From Methanobacteriota archaeon (lineage in GTDB: Archaea > Thermoplasmatota > Thermoplasmata > Thermoplasmatales > ARK-15): 64,000 bases of DNA. The stretch spans positions 16,705 through 80,704 of the forward strand of contig WSBC01000008.1 in NCBI GenBank assembly GCA_009758405.1, given 5' to 3'. The position numbers were made by a program, and so were the translations under genes. Below are positions 21,695 to 29,277 of the stretch, piece by piece. The notes beneath the pieces are model-generated. The model was not told the origin of the DNA. It was given only the letters and a program-made list of their open reading frames with translations, and did not search any database. The number at the start of each line of letters is the position of its first letter. Position 1 is the stretch's first letter.

Positions 21695-22752
21695 GTTTGG
21701 TTGGGCGGTACATCCTTTCACTTCATACTCTTGAAAAATTTATAAATGATTCATTACATTTGATGAATCATTCAGACCATCTGAGTGGATTTTACTATAA
21801 CAAATATTTACTGAAAGCAACATGTTTGAATACTTACGTTTAAACTGTAAATAACAGGGCGGATTCATTGCATCTAGCAATAGAAAGGACAGGGATCAAG
21901 GATATAATGGATTCAATGTTCTCAAGGATAATGGCAATCACAAGGCCATTCAACTTCTCATATAAAAAGATAATGCTTGCATTTGATTACACTTACTGGG
22001 ATTTTTATGGAAAATCTAGCAATCCCTGGATAAGGGGATGGACAGGAGAGGATGGAGTAAATGGTAAATTCTATTTTCTTACGGCGAGCATGGTTAACGA
22101 TGATTTCAGATTGCCTTTGATATCCATACCATCAACGGTATTAGAGAAAATGTCAATAGAAATAACATCTTTATTGTAAGTTCTTAAGAGAAATTTCAAT
22201 AACATAGATCTTGTTTTATTCGACAGGTGGTTCTATACAAAAGAGTTGATGCTTTCACTGAACAGTATGGTTAACTATCTCATATTTGTGAGGAAGAATT
22301 CAGAAATAAGAAGAGAACTGGAATCGATGGAGATGGGTGAGAAAAAGATCAAACTTCTTGAATTCACATATTACAGGGATGGAAAGAAAATAAGTGATGC
22401 AACATATATAGCATTTCTAAGGAAGATATTTGACCACAGGACAGAGGAATACTATGATTGGGCATTTGCAACAAACTTAAAGGAGGTGAATCTTGATGAA
22501 ATAGTAGGGAAATACAAGATAAGATGGAGGATAGAGAATATATTTAGGGTGCAGGATGAAGCAACAATAAAGAGCAAATCCCTGAACATAAATGTAAGGT
22601 ATTTTCTGTTTGTGTATGAGCAGGTTCTGGAGGCAATATGGTATCTGTATTTCTCAAAGGAGATGAGCTTTAAGAGATTTATAATAGAGCTAAGTGAAAC
22701 CTGTTCAAAGATGGTGGATAACGAGGAGAGAAAAAGGAAAATTAGATCATAA
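21691..22752 (+). pseudogene. DDE transposase pseudogene (ISH3/IS4-like)
   Basis: One reading frame from ATG 21691 broken by in-frame TAA at 21841 and 22177; LAFDYT, LFDR(W)FY and YKIRWRIEN motifs. Confidence 0.85.
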
Positions 22753-23154
22753 ACAGTTATTGAGTTTATGATTTACGGGCCCATTTTCCTTTTTCCCTCA
22801 CCAGAAATTAATAGAAAAGTGACTCTTAAATCTTTAGTTAATTCGGAGATACTGTTATTAATAAAAAAAGTTCTTAAGAAATTTTTTCTAAGAAAAATAA
22901 TTTTTATTCATTGAGGAAAATGATAAATTCAATGGGGACCATCCTTGGATTCAATGTATGTAAGGATGATATAATGAGGTGCTTTGATATGAGGTATCCT
23001 CGACCCTTACATATAAGTGTGAACAATGTTATTAAATGTCTAAAAACAAAATAGATGATATAAATGGATAAATTACAAATTATTAAAAAATATTATATTT
23101 AATTACAATCTTTATTATCAAACTTGCATTTTTCTCTATAACCAGGTGAATAAA

Positions 23155-23247
23155 ATGAGTCCTGCAGATCTATTGTTCATGCTTGTTTCCGCAGCACTTG
23201 TAATGATAATGACTCCCGGATTAGCTCTTTTTTATGGGGGTCTTGTA
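23155..23247 (+). pseudogene. amtB: Ammonium transporter (AmtB) 5' remnant, interrupted by IS110
   Basis: GGTGA SD then MSPADLLFMLVSAALVMIMTPGLALFYGGLV; removing the IS restores GGLVRK (continues at 24612); the rest of the gene is missing. Confidence 0.85.
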
Positions 23248-23269
23248 GGTGTCATGAAAAAGGCTTTTT

Positions 23270-23456
23270 GACCACGATAACATGACGATGTTATTGTGAG
23301 AGTCGGAAAAGTGGTCGCCTTTGGTATTGACCTATAAAGGTCGTTTCCAAGGTTGACCACTTTTACGTCTCGACACTATACCTTGAAACAAAGGTGAATA
23401 GAAGATTGTCGAGATTTCCGACCCATAGGGCTCTCACGAACCACATAGAGGTGGTC
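23270..23456 (+). ncRNA. Putative bridge/seek RNA of the IS110 element
   Basis: Nested stems GACCAC/GTGGTC, GTGAGAG/CTCTCAC, GTCGGAAA/TTTCCGAC, AAAAGTGGTC/GACCACTTTT and TCTCGACA/TGTCGAGA. One arm holds ATAGAAGATTGT (23398-409), identical to the element's right end (24599-610). Confidence 0.7.
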
Positions 23457-23458
23457 TA

Positions 23459-24602
23459 ATGATAATAGGATTGGATGTATATAAGGATTTGGTATACGTG
23501 ACAAGAATGGAAAACGATGGGAAAATAACAGAACAATACGAAATGAAGAACAGTGAAGAATCATGGAACAAATTTGTAGGGTAAATACATATTAGAAATG
23601 CCTGAGATAGCACTTGAAGCATCCACATCTGGAAAGCATGTTGCAAGGATTCTAAGTTATGCAGGTTTTTCAGTCCACATTGCAGATCCAAAGAAACTAG
23701 CATTGATATTCAAATCATCTAAAAAGAATGACAGATCGGATTCAGAAAATCTTGCAAAATTACTTAGATTGAATGAATTTCCAGAGGCATATTTGCCATC
23801 AAGGGAATATGAAGAAATGAGGACACTGACAAGGCACAGAAAATACCTTGGTGAGGAGGTTGTTAGAATTAAAAACAAAGTGCACAGCATTCTATCATTG
23901 AATGGTATAAAGATAAAAGCCACGGACATATTTGGGAAAAAAGGCCTTAGTGAATTATCAAAATCTATAGAGAGGCTTAGTTACTCTGAAAAGATTGTTA
24001 TAAATGATATGCTAAAAAGAATAATTGACATAAAGGAAAGATCAGAAAAGATTGAAAATGAAATGGCAAAAATAGGCAAAGATAGAGAGGACGTAAAAAG
24101 GCTCATGACAATACCTGGGATAAATATATACATCGCAACTGGGATAATAGGTGAAATAGGGGATATTAATAGATTCAGGAATAAAGAGAGTCTAGCATCA
24201 TATGCGGGTCTAGTACCAAGGCAAGATCAATCTGGAAAAAATGATAGGAAAGGGCACATAACAAAGGAAGGGCCATCAATGTTAAGATATCTTTTGGTAC
24301 TAGCTGCACATACTTTGATAAAATACTCTAAGAAGATGAAGAATAAGTATCTCAGTTCAGTAAAGAGGATTGAGAAGAATAGGGCAATAGTAGCAATAGC
24401 AAGGATTCTCGCTGAAATGATATTCACTATGCTAAAAAAGAATGTTGATTTCGAGGATGAGATAATTCCATTAACTGAAAAGAAGGTAAAGAAAATGATT
24501 GAAAGAGCAAATTCGGGATCTGGAGAAATAAACATTCAGGAAAACATAAAATTAATATCATCTAAAGGATTTAGGTCATTGTCAACTAAGCCTTTTTCAT
24601 AG
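23459..24602 (+). pseudogene. IS110 DEDD recombinase/transposase, +1 frameshift near 23579-23581
   Basis: SD GAGGTGG, then MIIGLDVYKD... stops at 23582. Deleting one G joins it to the 334-aa ORF (ALEAS, KKNDRSD, TIPGI, SYAGLVP..QSG, GHITKEG, AIVAIAR). Confidence 0.88.
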
Positions 24603-24897
24603 AAGATTGTAAGAAAACAAAGAAAGTAATATCAACAAAAGATGAGACAGGTATGAAAATTCTTAAATATTTAAATTTGGAGAGGTTTCAATAGCGCCCC
24701 ATTACGATTATTAAGAAAAATCAGTAAAATAAAGGTTAATTTATCAATTTTTAATTTAAATCATGTAAACTTACGTCTTCATATTCTTTATTTTCTTTAA
24801 AATATACATCTCCTAATAACAACGTTTCCCAAGACATACTTATCCCTCCTATTTTTCAATTCCATAAGAATTCTTTCTCTGATATTCCATTACACCT

Positions 24898-25236
24898 TTA
24901 ACGCTTCTTTAGCTTATCCCCATCAACTTCAAAAATTTCATTAAATCGATTTCCTAACTCTTTCACATCAAATTTGGCCTTCCTCTTATAATCAATCAGA
25001 TAAATTACTATTACACGATTTTTTCTTTTCACATTCTCTGACCTGATTAATGCAACTACCACCTTTCCGTCTTCTAAATGCTTATCAATATAGATCTTAT
25101 TGTTAATTGCATACCCTTCAGACCAGCCAGGCCATACCTCTATTTTCTCGAGATTAGATAAATTCTTTATTAAAAGATTATGAAGACTGGTCCTGTTCAA
25201 TTTTTCCAATTTTTTTCATTTCTTTTAAATCCATCA
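24898..25236 (-). pseudogene. Orphan gene, A-run frameshift near the 5' end
   Basis: AGGAGGAG SD and ATG at 25236 are out of frame with the 103-aa ORF across an A tract near 25210-25217. Confidence 0.5.
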
Positions 25237-25237
25237 T

Positions 25238-25563
25238 TTAATTCTCCTCCTTTTTACAATTTTTATCATCCATCGTGTTTTGCACCAAAATAATAAGACC
25301 AAAGATCATCAGGACTGAAATAATTGCAATAAATGCATTGGCTAAAGCAAAAGGCTCAATCCCCAGTATCGTTACAAGGAACTCGAACCCCAGAAAGCCC
25401 ATGATCAGAAGAACAGGGAAGCCAGCCTATGCCACCTGAGACCGAACAAGAACCTGTCAAGTGTGCCTCGCCTGAATTCAGTATACTGCCAGAGCAGGAC
25501 TGCCAGGTCCAGGAGCAACAGCCCCAGCCCCGCAAAGGACAATAAAACTACGAACAGGTCCAT
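25238..25563 (-). pseudogene. Small membrane protein, frameshifted
   Basis: MDLFVVLLSFAGLGLLLLDLAVLLWQ... and ...GFPVLLIMGFLGFEFLVTILGIEPFALANAFIAIISVLMIFGLIILVQN lie in different frames; visibly higher GC than the flanks. Confidence 0.5.
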
Positions 25564-25569
25564 ACTGCA

Positions 25570-25859
25570 TCAGAAGTACCTGTATGATTTAAATAGATTT
25601 TCTGCAAAATCTTTTGCTTCTTCAAAGGTATCAAATTCCTTAATAACCTTATCATATGGATCGGACTTTATTTCACCACCAAAATTCCTAAAGAAGTAAC
25701 AAGCATAGACCTCAAAAACATTTTTCTCTAGATTTTTCTGATTGACAGGCGGAACCTTTTTAATAGATCTCCTTTTTCAAAACAATATCCAATATCATAT
25801 TCTACAACACTATAATCCGAATTTGGTTTTCTTATATTAAACTCCTTTTCATTCACCAT
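25570..25859 (-). pseudogene. Orphan gene, frameshifted
   Basis: GGTGA SD, MVNEKEFNIRKPNSDYSVVEYDIG... continues in another frame as ...NVFEVYACYFFRNFGGEIKSDPYDKVIKEFDTFEEAKDFAENL. Confidence 0.5.
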
Positions 25860-25877
25860 TTTTATCACCCCTTTTAA

Positions 25878-26486
25878 TTATCTCATTTGGTTATAACATT
25901 CATCTTTTAAATCTGGATATACTTCCGCTATCTTTTTCAATATCTTATTTTTCAATTTTATATAAGCATTAATCTTTCCTACCTTACCTTCTAGTTCTTC
26001 TAATAGATCTTCATAATTCGTCAAATTATGCCTTATGTAATTTACCATAATCCTGCTGAGGAAAGCATTATCAAGATCCTTTTCACTGAATATCATGTTT
26101 TCAATGTGGTCAATCGCACCTTGATGAAAATTGTAATTCTCAATGGCTAGTTTTTTAATTTTTTCTATTTCCATTTTTTCCACTTCAATTTCAATAGAAT
26201 CAATATATTTCAGAAGCTTACTTTCTTTCATCTTTGCTACTTTTTTCATTGCTTCGCTTCTTTTCATTGATTTTTCCTTTAATTCTAAGAAAATATCACT
26301 GCCCTCTATTCTGTTCACCCTCTTAATTAAATATAATTTCATTTCAGGGGCCTTCCTATAATATGGATTCCTTACAGTAAGGTCTGGATCACCCAATAAG
26401 CGTCTTATCATCGAGTCCGTCCAGCCCCTCGCCTTCAGCCCGGCCTTTGATATGTATTTTTTGTTAATTTTAGATTCCTCTTTCAT
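25878..26486 (-). CDS. Hypothetical protein of mobile-element type (202 aa)
   Basis: Intact ORF with GAGGAG SD; N-terminal LKARGWTDSMIRRLLGDPD...NPYY...MKLY motif; C-terminal VNYIRHNLTNYE. Confidence 0.7.
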   Translation of the reverse strand: MKEESKINKKYISKAGLKARGWTDSMIRRLLGDPDLTVRNPYYRKAPEMKLYLIKRVNRIEGSDIFLELKEKSMKRSEAMKKVAKMKESKLLKYIDSIEIEVEKMEIEKIKKLAIENYNFHQGAIDHIENMIFSEKDLDNAFLSRIMVNYIRHNLTNYEDLLEELEGKVGKINAYIKLKNKILKKIAEVYPDLKDECYNQMR

Positions 26487-26592
26487 CTCCTCGCTTCTTA
26501 TATCCTTAAACTGTATTATAAAAATTTCTGAATTTCATGGAGGACTTAGCACACAGAATTGCTCCGAAAAAAAAACTGGCTGGGGGTCCAGA

Positions 26593-26878
26593 TCAATATG
26601 ATATGTATATGTACGGTTTCTTGCCCTTTGCCTCTAGAGTCTCGCCCAGCCTTAAAAACTTGAGGATCGAAAATATAACATCTATTTCATATTCTATGTC
26701 TGAATAGTCAGAGATAATAACTGAAACACTCTCCAGTTTTTTTGTTCTTATCTGTTATTACCAAATGTTCGCCCATGGTTTCCACAATATTAGAAAAAAC
26801 GTCAACAATGCTCTTCTGTTCCTCCTTTTTATCAGTGCCATCCATTTGTTTTTCTGATGATTTTTTAATAGCTTCCAT
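26593..26878 (-). pseudogene. Orphan gene, A-run frameshift
   Basis: MEAIKKSSEKQMDG...ITDKNKK continues after the A tract near 26737-26743 as LESVSVIISDYSDIEYEIDVIFSILKFL in another frame. Confidence 0.4.
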
Positions 26879-27227
26879 TACTACGTTTTTTAAGGCATTT
26901 TCAGGTCAAAGAATGGAATACTGATACATGCGGATCTCAATGCTGTATATAACATAATAATGAAGGCATTCTTAGAAGCATTTGCAGACGGAATAGAGGG
27001 TATAGGGTTATACCCACGAAGTTTAAGCATCCCTGAGTTCACGGGGATGATAACTTCCAAAGGTAAATGTTAACATGGTTAACAGAAACCATAACCTGAC
27101 CCTTATGAAAATGGTATTCTCGAATTCATTGAGAAAGGAGAGAATATTACAGGTGAATCTTTACACGGGGAGTTTGAAAAATTCAAGAATATTATAAATA
27201 TACTGTATAATGTTGATGTTTTTGCGG

Positions 27228-27430
27228 GTTTTACTCTATATAGGCATAGATAGGTATGAATCACTATACCTATCATATCCAAAATAGAGCTTGGGTTTCA
27301 CAACTTCATATAACTCCCTCGCGAGTTCATCGGGAGTCTTCTGTTCCACCCCTGTCAGGAAGTACCCACCCACCAGCGTAGGCAAGATATTCGAATCCCA
27401 CCAACTTATCTGATGGGGAACTCCCTCCAT
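27228..27430 (-). ncRNA. Putative omega/reRNA scaffold overlapping the tnpB 3' end
   Basis: GC-richer tail with hairpins ACTCCC..GGGAGT, GATAGGTAT/ATACCTATC and CTCTAT/ATAGAG, ending at the element boundary. This is the known location of TnpB guide scaffolds; the 5' limit is approximate. Confidence 0.55.
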
Positions 27431-28504
27431 ACTCAGATACAGGTTGATTGATGCGTTGAGTTGTCTATCTATTGTTAACCCACAGTTCTTACACCTAAAT
27501 ACTTTGCTCCCATTCAGGTCTTTGTTGATACACCCACATCTGGAGCATTTCTTTGATGTGTACTCTGGTGGTAATTCAATGCAGTTGTTCACACGGTTCT
27601 TTATATTTTTCCAATCAGTGCGTGAAATTTGTCTGTTCCATAGCCTAGATGATCTATACATATTTTCTTTTCTTAAGTCTTCGAATCCGTTATTTCGGGC
27701 AACTGAATTTATTACCCTTGCAATTTCAACCTGATGTTTTCTTGCCCTGTTCCTTTCCCTTTTTGAATATTTTCTTGATACTCCTTTAGCTTTCTTTGAT
27801 TTTGATGCCTTCTTTTGTATGCTTCTTCTTTTTTCAAATGAAGATATATGTACTGTGGCAAGGGGTTTTGTATCTATCTTAATCCATCCTGCTTCTGGTG
27901 AATACCCATCAATTGAAAACATGTTCAAATCCCATGCTACCTTCTCTGCTAAATACTTAACATTATTCTTATTAGGTTCGTGTATTGGCAGATACAATTT
28001 ATCCAATGTGATTATAGGTTCCCCGATTCCACTTGAGGATATATTTTTAGGAAGCTTGAAATATCTTTTTGACAGGTCAAAGTAAATAAATTTTCCAGGT
28101 GAGATTGTCACTCTTAGTCTATCTCCTTCCAATTTACATAAGGTCTGCTTAACCCTTATAAACAGTCTTTTTGCTTTAGGGCATTTCATTTTTCTATTTC
28201 CTTTAACATAGTTCTTTTTCCAGGAATCCATTATTGAAAAAGCTGTTTTTAGTGCGGAATCAACCCAATGGGATGCATATTTCCAGTCTTTAAGGTATTT
28301 GTCCCTCAATTCTTTTTTAAATAGATTGTCCTTTCTGTAATTTGGAAGAATCCTAAACTGCTTTTTCCCCTCTATCTGAGTTTTTTTCCATTTTATACTA
28401 TCCCATATGTCTTCTAACATTGAGTTCAATATCTCATTATATGCTATAATCAGATCCTTGATATCTTCCCCCTTATCATGTTTGAGTGAATAGGTTTTTA
28501 GCAC
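27236..28504 (-). CDS. tnpB: TnpB (RNA-guided RuvC family) with variant RuvC-III
   Basis: AWDLN (RuvC-I), GFEDL (RuvC-II), YTSKKCSRCG...FRCKNCG Zn finger, DRQLNAS; GTG start overlapping tnpA. Confidence 0.9.
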   Translation of the reverse strand: MLKTYSLKHDKGEDIKDLIIAYNEILNSMLEDIWDSIKWKKTQIEGKKQFRILPNYRKDNLFKKELRDKYLKDWKYASHWVDSALKTAFSIMDSWKKNYVKGNRKMKCPKAKRLFIRVKQTLCKLEGDRLRVTISPGKFIYFDLSKRYFKLPKNISSSGIGEPIITLDKLYLPIHEPNKNNVKYLAEKVAWDLNMFSIDGYSPEAGWIKIDTKPLATVHISSFEKRRSIQKKASKSKKAKGVSRKYSKRERNRARKHQVEIARVINSVARNNGFEDLRKENMYRSSRLWNRQISRTDWKNIKNRVNNCIELPPEYTSKKCSRCGCINKDLNGSKVFRCKNCGLTIDRQLNASINLYLSMEGVPHQISWWDSNILPTLVGGYFLTGVEQKTPDELARELYEVVKPKLYFGYDRYSDSYLSMPI

Positions 28505-29075
28505 GTTCCACGACCTCCTTTTGCTTATGACTTCTTATTCCGTACAGTTTACCAGAAAAGTGAGAAATAATCGTAATTAGGTCCTCTAATAGTTCTTGTT
28601 GAGGTGGCTTTGCATCTGTTTGATTTATCACTTCAATGCTTGTTCCATGTTCTTCAAATACTCTTTTCAGTGTATCAAACCCGAACCTGGTAAGTCTGTC
28701 TTCATACAATATAACCACCTTATCCACTTCATTGTGTAAAATTTTATCCAAGAGTTTTAAGAACCCTTTTCTATTTTCATTTAAACCAGAGCCAATATCA
28801 GTTATTACTTCATGAACACCATATTCTTGTAGATATTTCACTTGTCGTTCCAAGTCATCTTTCTGCGTATTAGATGAAACTCTTGCATATCCAATAATGC
28901 TTCGTATACCTTTTTCTCCCTGCAACCTTCTGATTTCCGATTCGGGTATCCTCCTGCGACCGCCAGGTGTCCTTACAATTCTAATTTTTCCCTGCTTGTC
29001 CCATTTCTGAATAGTCCTAGGGTGAAGGCCGAGAAGTAAACATGCCTCTTTTAACGTATATAATCTTTCAGGCAC
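28476..29075 (-). CDS. tnpA: IS607 transposase TnpA (MerR-HTH + serine recombinase)
   Basis: YTLKEACLLLGLHPRTIQKWDKQG HTH; GYARVSS, DIGSGL, DRLTRFG, ELLEDL...FSGKLYG. Confidence 0.95.
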   Translation of the reverse strand: MPERLYTLKEACLLLGLHPRTIQKWDKQGKIRIVRTPGGRRRIPESEIRRLQGEKGIRSIIGYARVSSNTQKDDLERQVKYLQEYGVHEVITDIGSGLNENRKGFLKLLDKILHNEVDKVVILYEDRLTRFGFDTLKRVFEEHGTSIEVINQTDAKPPQQELLEDLITIISHFSGKLYGIRSHKQKEVVERAKNLFTQT

Positions 29076-29277
29076 AGAATATTATATGACAAACACCTAT
29101 ATAAAGTTATTTATTTTGAAACTGTTTGCTACGGCATACAGGATGGGTCCAAATTTCCTTAATATTAGAGATAAAAGTAATAAGATACCCTATCTAACAA
29201 GAACAAGAAGTCTAAAGGAATCAATTGATCTTGTAAAAAATAACTTTGAATTTCTTTGGGAGGAAAAATTAAAAAAA

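Larger units (their letters stand above)
21446..22854 (+). mobile_element. ISH3-family insertion sequence (1409 bp), transposase inactivated
   Basis: 14-bp terminal inverted repeats CAGTATCTCCGAAT (21446-21459 / 22841-22854); 5-bp target duplication TTATT (21441-21445 / 22855-22859); DDE transposase plus small ORF inside. Confidence 0.88.
23243..24611 (+). mobile_element. IS110-family element with sub-terminal inverted repeats
   Basis: TTGTA at both junctions (23243-47, 24607-11); 13-bp sub-terminal IRs ATGAAAAAGGCTT (23254-66) / AAGCCTTTTTCAT (24588-600); DEDD recombinase inside. Confidence 0.88.
27228..29134 (-). mobile_element. IS607-family element (tnpA + tnpB)
   Basis: CGG at both junctions (27225-27, 29132-34), no TIRs; excision restores the host reading frame; serine recombinase plus TnpB. 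Confidence 0.9.

Noticed and set aside
21841-22179. Stop-codon readthrough (Sec/Pyl) in the ISH3 transposase
   Set aside because: Both stops are TAA, not TGA or TAG, and a conserved motif is also mutated; simple decay fits better.
22932-23054. 40-codon ORF MGTILGFNVCKDD..., faintly like an IS110 N-terminus
   Set aside because: Too short, the catalytic Asp is absent, and no element ends are visible; cannot be supported.
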